Source of the DNA: a virus
Strand: one strand, 5' to 3'
Length of the DNA: 64,000 nt
Virus record (IMG/VR): IMGVR_UViG_3300027905_000001
Coordinates: 15,362 to 79,361 of that record
Every line of letters begins with the position of its first letter. Within the stretch, counting starts at the first letter, position 1. Of the stretch, positions 9,407 through 18,687 are shown piece by piece. The notes under the pieces are model-generated. The model was given only the letters and a program-made list of their open reading frames with translations. It was not told the DNA's origin and did no database searches. Position numbers and translations under genes: made by a program.

Positions 9407-10021
9407 ATGTTTCATGCGTTCACGCTCGAACAAGCGAACCTCAGAGAGGTCCAAGGTTGGAAGGTCGGCCAACATGTCCAAGTCAAAGAATGGCGTGGTA
9501 CTTACGAAATCGAAGGCTACCACCAATACGGAAGGCAAAACGAGTACACCACTGTATACCTTGCCAAGCTCAAGAAAGACGGTACTAAGAGCAAATACAG
9601 CGGCGATACACCTATCGCTAACCTCATGCCATTGGGAGCGGCACAACCAACAACAGACAGCGCAGGACGAACAGCACTGCAGGCGGCACAGGAGCTATTC
9701 GGTAGCGGCTTTGCTAAACACGGATGGTATAACACGGATCGCGAATCACTGGTAAAGGTTGAGACGATCAGTAAGACAGGACGCGTCAAGGTGCAAGATA
9801 TAAGCGTCAAGGCTGGAATTACGGCACGTTCAAAGACTGTAGATGGACATAAAGTTTACAGTCAAGAAGATCGCCTGGTAAACTTTGCGGATCTCGAATA
9901 CGGTCTAAGTGGAGATATAAAAACATTCACGCCGCGCCTTTTTTGGGGTGAATGGGGCTTTTGGCATGATGGGGAAATTATCAAGGCCCCAGATATGAAG
10001 CTTACGTGGTTGCTAGATTAA
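9407..10021 (+). CDS. Hypothetical protein
   Basis: Track ORF with AGGAGG upstream. Confidence 0.5.
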   Translation: MFHAFTLEQANLREVQGWKVGQHVQVKEWRGTYEIEGYHQYGRQNEYTTVYLAKLKKDGTKSKYSGDTPIANLMPLGAAQPTTDSAGRTALQAAQELFGSGFAKHGWYNTDRESLVKVETISKTGRVKVQDISVKAGITARSKTVDGHKVYSQEDRLVNFADLEYGLSGDIKTFTPRLFWGEWGFWHDGEIIKAPDMKLTWLLD

Positions 10022-10031
10022 CATAATTTAA

Positions 10032-10055
10032 AGCCGGACATCATCCGGCTTTTTG
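10032..10055 (+). terminator. Rho-independent terminator
   Basis: Stem agccgga/tccggct, loop catca, then TTTT. Confidence 0.7.
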
Positions 10056-10059
10056 GCGT

Positions 10060-10530
10060 TCCCGTTATTATCTTTCCGGCTCCATAGGCTTATACGCCAC
10101 CCTAGCCCATGCAAGCCCTAGAACGCCGTATAAGCCCCCATAATCTCCGTGTGGTCACTATGCAACCTATCGTTATCCAAGGCCCTTATATACCGTTCTG
10201 TGTCCTATCATATCGCAAGCCCTACAAGACGTTTTAAGCCCTCGAAATATCAAAGGCATAACTATGTCAATCCCTAACTATTCAACGCCATACAGGTGCC
10301 ATTCTGCGCCTGTGATAACGCTCTGCGCCTATGTGCCGATACCCTAACGACGGCGGCAAAACGTCCTCTAATTACCTCAATTTGTCGCCTATTGTCGAAG
10401 TTCGCCTGATTTCACCCTGATTTTATGACCATATTTCGACATTCCCAAAATTCTCTCGACATTCCCAAAATATCGGTTTCTTGTAATTTTTATAAAATCG
10501 CTCCACCGAAAAAATATCCCCAGCTTGTAA
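10060..10530. other. GC-rich non-coding region with short direct repeats (ori / pac / ncRNA candidate)
   Basis: No credible ORF; repeated aagccct, ctgcgcct; exact 16-nt direct repeat tcgacattcccaaaat at 10436 and 10456. Confidence 0.4.
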
Positions 10531-10532
10531 AA

Positions 10533-10896
10533 TTATTCGTCCTCGAATCGACAACCGCGGTTACTCTTCATCATCCGATCTCTTGCCATAAACGCCATAC
10601 TGTTCTCGAACTCTTCCCATTTTCGAGCTGTCTCGTATCGCTTGTATGCACTTAGGTATTCGTCGCAATATGAAGCAGGAACATTGGCGCAGCTAGAACA
10701 ACTAGAACTAGAGCGTCCTATATCGCGATATATTCGGGGTTTGTAGCATCTGCATCGAGGCGGTTCTCTCACTAGTTGCTCCCTCCTTAATCCATAGGCA
10801 ATGGTCAACGTCATACTTCCTGCATAAGGCGCAGTTGGTTCGTTCAAGGCTTTTGTCTATTGCGCTGAATTCTTTGCAGCTTCTGTTCTCTCCCAT
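10533..10896 (-). CDS. Cys-rich hypothetical protein(s); two overlapping frames, possible frameshift
   Basis: Track ORFs 10708-10896 and 10533-10847 overlap in different frames. Confidence 0.3.
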
Positions 10897-10933
10897 AAAT
10901 TAGCCCTCATTTTAGGATAATTTTCGAACAATA

Positions 10934-11068
10934 TTAAAGCATGCTTTTTTAGTTTGAATTAAAGCATGCTTTTTTGGTTTTTGTTTATGTAATTAAGGCA
11001 TGCTTTTTCTATGTCTGAAATTAAGGCGTGCTTTTATGTACCACCATCAAGATTAAGGCATGCTTTTT
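10934..11068. repeat. Five direct copies of ATTAARGCRTGCTTTT (palindromic core AAGCATGCTT)
   Basis: Copies starting 10934, 10959, 10993, 11021, 11053, spaced 25-34 bp, in a ~440-bp intergenic region. Confidence 0.75.
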
Positions 11069-11342
11069 GAGTAAAAAAGTGAACACCCTCAATTAAGAAG
11101 GTGTTCGAGTGAGAATAGAGAAGGAGGACAAAATTAAAAGCCCTTGCGAGCTTGTCAAATATTCAAAATAAAGCCGGTTCCAGATCGTAGAACCGGATTC
11201 TCCTTCTACACACGGTAGATGAGTTAAATAAACGAAGCACCGAACGACCACGATACGTAGGTCAATTCGATGCTTCTCAATGTTATAATCATAAACCTTT
11301 TACAGCTCAAATGTGGTAATAAATCGGTAATATTCTGGTAAT

Positions 11343-11915
11343 CTATACGTATTTACTAAAATAAAGGTATCTTTGAAATAATGGCCCTAATATCTCCCAC
11401 AATACTTCAAGCGCTTCTCTGTTAATCTTCCTTAACATTTCGTTTGTGATATAAACTCTACCAACAGAATGGCGCTCGTTAAACACAATCTCAATGTTCC
11501 TCCATGTCATGACTTCAAAGTATTTAGACCTAATAACGGTTTCCTGTTCCCTCGTTAATGCCTTCAGCGCTTCATCAATCTGCTCCATCTCAAGCGTCTT
11601 AAACCTCATCTTCGACCGATCCTCGTCAATCCAAGCCTCAACTAATTCCCTCGTAACCTCTCTGCGCCCTGCTATATGCTCGGTCGGCGAAGTTGTAGTT
11701 GTTGCGTGCGGCATACCGATAATTCTACTTACGCTGTTCTCGAATAACCATAGCTCTCCCGCGCTCAATGCTTGTTCCCATACCAGGATTCTCTGCATAG
11801 TTGTCACGACTTCTGCTTTATGTTTTTTATAGAGTTTCAAGCGTTCTTCGAGTATGTTTTGGGATTCTTTTATCATTGCTATGGTTATTACCTCCTCTCT
11901 ACCGTTTTGCGCCAT
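11343..11915 (-). CDS. Putative sigma-70 region-4-like transcription regulator
   Basis: C-terminal LTREQETVIRSKYFEVMTWRNIEIVFNE HTH pattern. Confidence 0.35.
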   Translation of the reverse strand: MAQNGREEVITIAMIKESQNILEERLKLYKKHKAEVVTTMQRILVWEQALSAGELWLFENSVSRIIGMPHATTTTSPTEHIAGRREVTRELVEAWIDEDRSKMRFKTLEMEQIDEALKALTREQETVIRSKYFEVMTWRNIEIVFNERHSVGRVYITNEMLRKINREALEVLWEILGPLFQRYLYFSKYV

Positions 11916-12258
11916 AACTTCCAGGCAAGCGGTTATTTAAAGCGTCGGAATTTGGATAAAGTTTATTTCTGTTTTTTTCCCAATCAGTGTGATCAACTTT
12001 TCCTGAGAGTTGGCGAGATAGTTCGCGCGTCTTTAAGATATCCTGCATTTTCCCGTTTTCAAATATTTCTATTTCTTCACTTTCAAACATCTCGAACCCT
12101 TCCTCAAAAACCTCGTTGATGAATTTCAACGTATACCCATTATGGTAATCGTGCTTTATCATATTTCCTAACATGTGAACCTTTTTCTCGATTTCCATCC
12201 ATCTGGCAATTCCGCTTCTTACATCATCTGCCTCAGAGCCAAACATTATCTTTTTCAT
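11899..12258 (-). CDS. Hypothetical protein
   Basis: Track ORF. Confidence 0.45.
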   Translation of the reverse strand: MKKIMFGSEADDVRSGIARWMEIEKKVHMLGNMIKHDYHNGYTLKFINEVFEEGFEMFESEEIEIFENGKMQDILKTRELSRQLSGKVDHTDWEKNRNKLYPNSDALNNRLPGSYGAKR

Positions 12259-12434
12259 TTCCTCAATTTCCCCCTATCCCCTAAATACCATCGTTACAAC
12301 AAAATAAAATATCGGAGCTTGCACAATCAAGAGGATGAATCTTTTTAGCGGTTTTTCATTTCCGAAAATGTTCATTAGTACTATTGCCGTGTTTATTCCG
12401 AGTGCGTAGTAGCCACATATTTGTAAGGGTAGGT

Positions 12435-12830
12435 TCATGATTGTTCCTCCCTATACTTTTCTTTCAACCTAAGATATTCTTCGCGCTCGTGCTTCTCATG
12501 GCGTTCCTTCTGCTTTCTATCAGATTCCTCTCTGGCTAACCTTCTAGCCTCGCGAAGTTTATCATAATCGTCTCCTCCGATAACACCGAGTTTCTTAAGC
12601 TCTTCAACTAGCCATTTTTGTCCATCTTTTTCAAAGAGATATTGTTGAACGGAATGTGATTTATAAATCCTTATTTCACTGCTATCTCCGTCATCATCTT
12701 GCTTAGCAACCATCAATCCACCGTCTGTAGTGGCTATGGTTATCGCTTCTGCGAACTGAGCACAATGAATGAATGCGATTGTTTTACCTATGAGATCTTC
12801 ACCTTTTTCGATAAAATACATTTTATTCAA
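12435..12830 (-). CDS. Hypothetical protein with charged coiled C-terminus
   Basis: Track ORF. Confidence 0.45.
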   Translation of the reverse strand: MNKMYFIEKGEDLIGKTIAFIHCAQFAEAITIATTDGGLMVAKQDDDGDSSEIRIYKSHSVQQYLFEKDGQKWLVEELKKLGVIGGDDYDKLREARRLAREESDRKQKERHEKHEREEYLRLKEKYREEQS

Positions 12831-13434
12831 CTTCCTCCGTTTCCCAATAACTCATTTCGGATTCCATTGCTTCGATAAGTTGTTCGATGGTTTCTATGGG
12901 TTCTTCATAACCAGTGAAGGCTTCGAATTCAGATTCGGTGGCCCTGGCTTCGTTGAAAATCTTGATTAACTTTGATAGTTTTATTAGATTTTCTTTCATT
13001 GCTTCATCCATTACCTCGGTTGGTCCGTCCCACTGCCCCAAACTCTTAATATCAAACACGATCCCCACACAGAAAAGCGCATCATCTTCCATAATCTTAA
13101 ACTCGGCATGATGAATATCCGTCTCATATGCCCAGGCCACTTCTCCTTCATTATGCCAAATAGCTTCTATCTGTTTACATTTCTGTTTCGCTAAAGCTGA
13201 ATGAACGCATTCGCAATCACATTCCTCGAAAATTCCGTGTTCATCGAGGTAAATTGTCTTTCCATCAAAACATCCAACTTCTTCGTTAATAGCTCCCCTA
13301 AATTCTGCGTTGTCATCCGAATATCCGAACACTACGACGAACCCGAGTTCCTTAGCCCTTATTGTATCCACTTTGCTTATCTCATTACCCATTTCATTAC
13401 CGTCCAACATCTCGGCAAACTCCTGTATATTCAT
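12823..13434 (-). CDS. Acidic hypothetical protein
   Basis: Track ORF. Confidence 0.45.
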   Translation of the reverse strand: MNIQEFAEMLDGNEMGNEISKVDTIRAKELGFVVVFGYSDDNAEFRGAINEEVGCFDGKTIYLDEHGIFEECDCECVHSALAKQKCKQIEAIWHNEGEVAWAYETDIHHAEFKIMEDDALFCVGIVFDIKSLGQWDGPTEVMDEAMKENLIKLSKLIKIFNEARATESEFEAFTGYEEPIETIEQLIEAMESEMSYWETEEVE

Positions 13435-13664
13435 TACTTTTCCTCCTTAGCCGAATTCAAGTTCCTAATCCTAAATCCCAAACCCCTCAACTTCTCCCTA
13501 ATCTCATTAATCGAAAAGCTGGACATATTCCTTATCTCTGGCAATCCGAGATACGACATCTTAGTCAAATCCTCAAGGGTATTGATTCCTGCATTTCTCA
13601 GGCAACGCAAAGTTCTTGCGGTTAATCCGAGCTCTTCGATTGTTTTATTGAGCGTGTCGTTCAT
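13434..13664 (-). CDS. RNA polymerase alpha-subunit C-terminal-domain-like (HhH) protein
   Basis: IEELGLTARTLRCLRNAGINTLEDL matches alpha-CTD helix-hairpin-helix signature. Confidence 0.5.
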   Translation of the reverse strand: MNDTLNKTIEELGLTARTLRCLRNAGINTLEDLTKMSYLGLPEIRNMSSFSINEIREKLRGLGFRIRNLNSAKEEK

Positions 13665-13674
13665 ACTTTTACTC

Positions 13675-13881
13675 CTATTCCATCTTTTGTTTCGGCTTCA
13701 ATTTGCCGCGCTTCTTATCCCGAACATACTGGATGAACTCCTTCTTGATATACAGTAAATCCAAAACCTTACCGAACATCCATAAATAAGCTTTTATCCC
13801 CAGCGCAACGATAATCATGGCCATAATGAGTAGTGATATCGTGACTATTATCCAAGCTGTCCAGTAGTTAATTGTTGTCAT
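13675..13881 (-). CDS. Small membrane protein
   Basis: Single TM segment. Confidence 0.4.
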   Translation of the reverse strand: MTTINYWTAWIIVTISLLIMAMIIVALGIKAYLWMFGKVLDLLYIKKEFIQYVRDKKRGKLKPKQKME

Positions 13882-14183
13882 TATCCCAGCTCCCTTGGCT
13901 TAATCAACTCAGCCATAACCCCCAACCATATTGCATCCGCTACATTCGATGTTATCCATGCCGTAATACTAGCTGCAACCAGCGTTGCGAATAAGATCAA
14001 CTTAAAATCATTTATCATCGTTGTCCTCTGCCTTCGCCTGGTTATTCACATCCGGCATTTTAAGATAATACAACCATAATATTCTTAGCATCCTGAGCAT
14101 CGTCTCATTAGTCATCGTTGATTACTCTCATTAGTCCGCAAACAATGCAACGCTTTGACTTTTGGTAATAGCTCCACTCGTGC

Positions 14184-14603
14184 TTACATCTTTTCTGTTG
14201 TTTTGTCATACGCTTTCTCCTTTCGATAGTTCAACTCAAGCGTGGCGTAACCAATTATGTCGCGTATGGTGTCTTCTATCGCCTCGTCCTTTACTTGTGC
14301 AGGATTATTATCCAATTGTTCGATGCGGTTCAGCTTGTCCGATATGCGGATATAGAATCCTACCGGGCCATATTTGTCACGAAGTTGATCATAGGAATTT
14401 CCGTAGTCAGTGTTTTTACGTTCGATCAGATCAGCTATTGGATTAAGGATTTCGGAGAATTTGTTTTCCTTCGGAACTTCGATTGGCATCCAACATTTAA
14501 GCCTTGGGATGCATTGATTACATACTATCTGGGCATTATCATACTTACAGGTTTTGCACGTTTTATTGATCATTTTGTTCCCCCTTAGCATCGAATATCT
14601 CAA
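14184..14603 (-). CDS. Hypothetical protein with N-terminal CxxC pairs
   Basis: Track ORF. Confidence 0.4.
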   Translation of the reverse strand: MRYSMLRGNKMINKTCKTCKYDNAQIVCNQCIPRLKCWMPIEVPKENKFSEILNPIADLIERKNTDYGNSYDQLRDKYGPVGFYIRISDKLNRIEQLDNNPAQVKDEAIEDTIRDIIGYATLELNYRKEKAYDKTTEKM

Positions 14604-14766
14604 GCCTCTTCAGCTCCATCTCGCCATTGACAACTCGACTAAATATGTCGCAAAGGATAGCGTTGAGGTCGTTTCGACTTTTGATAGGCGTTGCTTCTGA
14701 TCGCTTACCGCTGGCCGGAATATCTCCTGCGTAGTATTTGCCGTTGATGGCTAGGATTTTATTCAT
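14563..14766 (-). CDS. Hypothetical small protein
   Basis: ATG overlaps MazG-like stop (ATGA); track ORF 14563-14841. Confidence 0.35.
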   Translation of the reverse strand: MNKILAINGKYYAGDIPASGKRSEATPIKSRNDLNAILCDIFSRVVNGEMELKRLEIFDAKGEQNDQ

Positions 14767-15293
14767 ACTTCCACAAAATATCCTTTCGAAATCAATTTCT
14801 TTTCGTGCAATATCCGTTGATCTTCGACCGATATCCCCCACTTATCCGCAATAGTATAGATCATCGTGACCGCACTCTGCGCAACGTCGAATGCCTCTTC
14901 GATTAATCTTAAAGGATTTCCTTCGCCCGTCTTAAGTCTCGGTTTCTCTCCGCTCATTTGATTATTTTTACCGATTACTTGAAGTAATTCCCCTAGCTCC
15001 TCAATCAACTTGTAGGTGCATGATTCGATAGTTGGTAGGAGTCCATTGAGTCGGTCGAAGGATATAAATTCTATGGCATCATCTTCTCTGCCTTTCGCCT
15101 CAAACCACTCCCCATCCAGACAAGTTTTCCCATCGCAATCAGGGTATTTTTTGCAGTTGTTGCAATCCCACTTTTGTTTCCACCCTGTTAAATCATAGAC
15201 CGTACAGGCCATACTACATGCTAATGTTTCGTGCTTGGCACAATTCTCGCATGTCATTTCTCGTTCTTGTCTCATTTCACCGCATTCTTTCAT
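14763..15293 (-). CDS. MazG-like nucleotide pyrophosphohydrolase with Cys-rich N-terminal extension
   Basis: YKLIEELGELLQVIG...LIEEAFDVAQSAVTMIYTIA resembles MazG EExxE helices. Confidence 0.45.
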   Translation of the reverse strand: MKECGEMRQEREMTCENCAKHETLACSMACTVYDLTGWKQKWDCNNCKKYPDCDGKTCLDGEWFEAKGREDDAIEFISFDRLNGLLPTIESCTYKLIEELGELLQVIGKNNQMSGEKPRLKTGEGNPLRLIEEAFDVAQSAVTMIYTIADKWGISVEDQRILHEKKLISKGYFVEV

Positions 15294-15345
15294 TTTGTAC
15301 CTCCAATTTTTATTTAATTATTGCTATTTAGTTAAACTTTACTTA

Positions 15346-15858
15346 TTAAAAATCTCCATATAATTCAAGATAGTCTAAAACTACACCACCACACTGACAA
15401 ACAACATTAAATCCATCAAACTCGCTAATTGGTATACTCTTCCTTCCTCCTGAGAGTGCATCATTCCAAAACCGCATGAGCTCATCTAGTTCCAGCCTGT
15501 AGATTTTATACTTGGTTGTCATTTCGATGAGTAGGAAGGATGTTCCGCCTTGAGCCTGCCAATTCTTTAGAAATTCAATTTGATGTGGTTCGATGTTGGA
15601 TAAAGGGAATCGTTTTTGATCGTGGCATTGTTTGGCATCAAAGGCGACAGGTGCTCGTCCTTTTACTACTCCAATGTAATCTATTGTTGATTTTTCGCTT
15701 GGATAAGCTGACGTAACTTTTCCTTTTGACCAAATAACTTTCCAAGGAACCCAAACTTTTTGGATAAGAGCATCACCTTTGGCTTGGTATTGCTCGTTGG
15801 CATGTTCGATAAGTTGCTCTAGCCCCTTACCCCTATTAGCGTATAGCGTATTACTCAC
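15346..15858 (-). CDS. recU: Holliday-junction resolvase RecU
   Basis: ANRGKGLEQLIEHAN..., DYIGVVKG...FDAK, FPLSNIEPHQIEFL, GGRKSIP match RecU conserved blocks. Confidence 0.7.
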   Translation of the reverse strand: MSNTLYANRGKGLEQLIEHANEQYQAKGDALIQKVWVPWKVIWSKGKVTSAYPSEKSTIDYIGVVKGRAPVAFDAKQCHDQKRFPLSNIEPHQIEFLKNWQAQGGTSFLLIEMTTKYKIYRLELDELMRFWNDALSGGRKSIPISEFDGFNVVCQCGGVVLDYLELYGDF

Positions 15859-15976
15859 TACTTAATTCCCATCCTCCGATCCGTCTTATCCGCCGTTTTC
15901 ACCATCGCTATTGTCACAATGTAAATAATAATGGCAATTGTGGATATTGCGCCTGTCCAAAACCCTTGCCACCACA

Positions 15977-16417
15977 CTAGGAATCACCTCTTTCCATGTA
16001 CAATAAGACAGCCTTGCAAATGGCTCCTGACGCCGTATCGGCTACCACCCAATCATATTCAATAGTGGCTTTATATACAGTTTCGTCGCCGATACCTGAA
16101 TAATGTTGGAGATTAGTTGGATAGAAACGGTCAAATAGTTTCATGGCATCCTCAATACTTCTTGACCAATCTTTTAAGCCATGGACGATATGTTTCATTT
16201 CATCAATTTCGCTAGCCTCTATTTGCCTGTATCTTTCCTTCATGATTTCCGGATTCCTAAAGGCTCTCCACGGTTCCCTATCGTTGGGTTTTTGGAAAAT
16301 GACATAAAGGTAATCACCTCTTTTTTCTTCCCAAATTGTCCAACTTAAGACTTTTGTTGCTATTAATAGATTTAGTTTCGTGCCGGGTTTTAAGGTTAAA
16401 ATCTCATCTCTACTCAC
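15977..16417 (-). CDS. Hypothetical phage protein
   Basis: Track ORF. Confidence 0.35.
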   Translation of the reverse strand: MSRDEILTLKPGTKLNLLIATKVLSWTIWEEKRGDYLYVIFQKPNDREPWRAFRNPEIMKERYRQIEASEIDEMKHIVHGLKDWSRSIEDAMKLFDRFYPTNLQHYSGIGDETVYKATIEYDWVVADTASGAICKAVLLYMERGDS

Positions 16418-16623
16418 TCAACATTCCCCCTCTTCGCCTTTTTCTTCTTATTCAAAATCTTCTCACATACCCAGCTCATACACTCGCCACATGATCCATT
16501 GCACGCTTCTTTCAGCGTTTCACAAACTAAGCCAGCTCCATCTTCGCGAGGTGCAGATTCGGGGCATTGTAGGCACTTACACGGACTTCTTACGCGCAGC
16601 TTCGATTTAGCTATAGTGATCAA
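16414..16623 (-). CDS. Cys-rich small protein
   Basis: Track ORF. Confidence 0.35.
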   Translation of the reverse strand: MITIAKSKLRVRSPCKCLQCPESAPREDGAGLVCETLKEACNGSCGECMSWVCEKILNKKKKAKRGNVE

Positions 16624-16643
16624 TCCTTTCTGTTTGTCGAATT

Positions 16644-16847
16644 TTAGAAGGGTAGCTTAGGTAATTCCTCTAGTAATGGGTTTCTACCATAAACCCTTAC
16701 CTCGCATTCATCGCAGAAGACAGGGTTTATTGGCATCCCCCTGCATCCGCATTGTTCACCTTTACAGCAAAATTCTGGTTCGTATTCGTCGTAGACTTCT
16801 ATTTCTTTGTGGCATCCATCGCATTCGTAGATTTTCAACCGAATCAC
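16644..16847 (-). CDS. Cys-rich small protein (zinc-ribbon-like)
   Basis: CDGC...CCKGEQCGC...CDEC. Confidence 0.4.
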   Translation of the reverse strand: MIRLKIYECDGCHKEIEVYDEYEPEFCCKGEQCGCRGMPINPVFCDECEVRVYGRNPLLEELPKLPF

Positions 16848-16855
16848 TCCTTTTG

Positions 16856-17374
16856 TTAATTGATATAATTTGACATTAATTTTGCCCCGGCTTCTTGTAC
16901 GACCTTAACCGCTTGTTCAAGTTCTTTATATACTCCTAGCCCTATCTGTTTTCGATTAATCATTAAGTAGGCTCGCCATTTTTTGGATGATTTGCGCCAA
17001 CTAACGCCCCTAAATCCTGAATTAGTTTTGCATTCTGCTTTTCTATTTTGCATGTTTACTGAATGAGTTACATTTCTAAGATTCCCTTTTGTATTATTTA
17101 ATGTGTCATGGTCAACGTGATCTACCACTAAATCATCGGGGCAATTGGTTATTAATCGATGTAGGCGTTTTGGTTTCAATCCTTCGCTAATCGACACATT
17201 ACTTATGGCATAAAACGAACTTGTCCCTTCAGACCAAAGAGCATGCCACTTTGCACCACCTTTTTGGGCTATCTCTAAATCCTCCCTATCAATTAAAGTT
17301 TCCATCACAGATCCATCTTCTCTATCTAAAAATATTGCCACTTTATCCCCTCTAAATTCGAATCTGTTTTTCAT
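16856..17374 (-). CDS. HNH homing endonuclease with AP2 DNA-binding domain
   Basis: HNH block LVVDHVDHDTLNNTKGNLRNVTHSVN; AP2-like FRGVSWRKSSKKWRAYL. Confidence 0.7.
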   Translation of the reverse strand: MKNRFEFRGDKVAIFLDREDGSVMETLIDREDLEIAQKGGAKWHALWSEGTSSFYAISNVSISEGLKPKRLHRLITNCPDDLVVDHVDHDTLNNTKGNLRNVTHSVNMQNRKAECKTNSGFRGVSWRKSSKKWRAYLMINRKQIGLGVYKELEQAVKVVQEAGAKLMSNYIN

Positions 17375-17422
17375 ATTCTCACCTCCTTTTCTTATCTATA
17401 TTATACCATAAGCTTACCTAAG

Positions 17423-17451
17423 TTGCACTAAGGTTAAGCATGGTATATAAT
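17423..17451 (+). promoter_or_regulatory. Sigma-A-type promoter (TTGCAC-17-TATAAT)
   Basis: Consensus-like hexamers with 17-nt spacer. Confidence 0.6.
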
Positions 17452-17469
17452 ATAATTCGAGGTGAGGAA

Positions 17470-17631
17470 ATGGGAGATTTAAAAAACAGGCAAAGATATA
17501 CAACTTCCTTGGATAATGAGCTAGTGGAAAAGCTCAAAAAGTTATCAGAGAAGACGAAAATTGCCCAATCAAAGTTACTGGATGAAGCAATAGAATTAGT
17601 TCTTAAGAAATATGGGAAGCCTGATAAGTAA
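17470..17631 (+). CDS. Ribbon-helix-helix-like small regulator, paralog of 23632-23811
   Basis: RBS GAGGTGAGGAA; shares NRxR...D..L...L.KLS..T.I..SKL.DEA...LKKYG with its paralog; antisense to flanking operon. Confidence 0.5.
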   Translation: MGDLKNRQRYTTSLDNELVEKLKKLSEKTKIAQSKLLDEAIELVLKKYGKPDK

Positions 17632-17670
17632 GGGTTTCCCTTCCTTTCTGGTATTTAATTAGAATGATTA

Positions 17671-18085
17671 TCAAAAAGGAATGTCATCATCTAAGGAAAC
17701 TCCGTGACCAAATGAGCCTTTAGCCTCACTTGAGCTATTCGAGGATTCCGATAAGTTGCTATTCTTCGGGCTAAGGAATTCCACTTCGTCGGCAATCACG
17801 TCGTATGACCTTTTTTTTATTGCCATCCTTATCCGTGTAATCACTAATCTGTAGCGACCCTGTGACAAGGGCCTTATTTCCTTTTGCTAATGCGTTTGCA
17901 CATAGCTCTGCAAGCTGTTTAAAACATTTCACGTTAATAAAATCTGTCTCTTTCTCGCCTGCGGAATTCTTAAACCTTCGCCCGACCGCTAGTGTGAAGT
18001 TGGAAATAGCAACGCCCGAAGTTCCATAGCGTAACTCACAATCCCTCGTTAAATTCCCTGACAAAATAATCTTATTCATGCTCAC
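17671..18085 (-). pseudogene. ssb: Single-stranded DNA-binding protein, reading frame broken in an A8 run
   Basis: N-terminal OB-fold in one frame; SSB tail ...DDDIPF in the next; shift at T8 run 17811-18. Confidence 0.7.
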
Positions 18086-18254
18086 TTACCTCTTTCTGCT
18101 CAATCTCGAACTTAGCCCATAACCACACAATGATATTTAACAGATCATCCTTGGTTGTTCCGTTGTGAGTTACTAGGTCTAACTCGTTTTGCACAACTTT
18201 AATCTTTTGATATTCTTCTAGCTCATCCCAATTTGGATATTTCATTTTTGGCAC
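18072..18254 (-). CDS. Hypothetical small protein
   Basis: Track ORF. Confidence 0.35.
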   Translation of the reverse strand: MPKMKYPNWDELEEYQKIKVVQNELDLVTHNGTTKDDLLNIIVWLWAKFEIEQKEVSEHE

Positions 18255-18266
18255 ATCCTCATCCTT

Positions 18267-18671
18267 TTAGATCAAGTATCCTTTTCCCTTGCAACATTCG
18301 CACACCTTCCATTGAGTACACATACCCAAGTCGATAAACCAACCCTCAAGAACCTCGGTTACCTTTAGCCCCATGCCTTTGTCACCCACCTCTTTTGGCT
18401 GTTTCGAACAAGGACTTATATTGCTATCACACTCACATTCATCGCACTCTTCACAGGCAGTAACCATCGGCATCTTGTCCCACAATATGGATTCCGGCGT
18501 TGCTGTGCATTTTTGCTCACCAAGCATTTGCTTTATCGCTGGATTAAGATTAATTGACCAAAAAAGCATAGCCTTGTTATCCTCATCGTGCCTTAGTGGA
18601 TGCTTGCCTAAGTAAATGTGAGTCGGTCCACCTTCGAATTCGTTGATTATTCTTGGATTCATTTTAAACAC
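18267..18671 (-). CDS. Cys-rich hypothetical protein
   Basis: Track ORF; CEECDECECD and CECCKGKG clusters. Confidence 0.4.
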   Translation of the reverse strand: MFKMNPRIINEFEGGPTHIYLGKHPLRHDEDNKAMLFWSINLNPAIKQMLGEQKCTATPESILWDKMPMVTACEECDECECDSNISPCSKQPKEVGDKGMGLKVTEVLEGWFIDLGMCTQWKVCECCKGKGYLI

Positions 18672-18687
18672 ACATCCTCATTATTTT

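Noticed and set aside
10934-11068. Possible CRISPR array
   Set aside because: Repeat unit is only ~16 bp with a palindromic core, spacers are 10-18 bp and irregular, and there are no cas genes; an iteron or operator array fits better.
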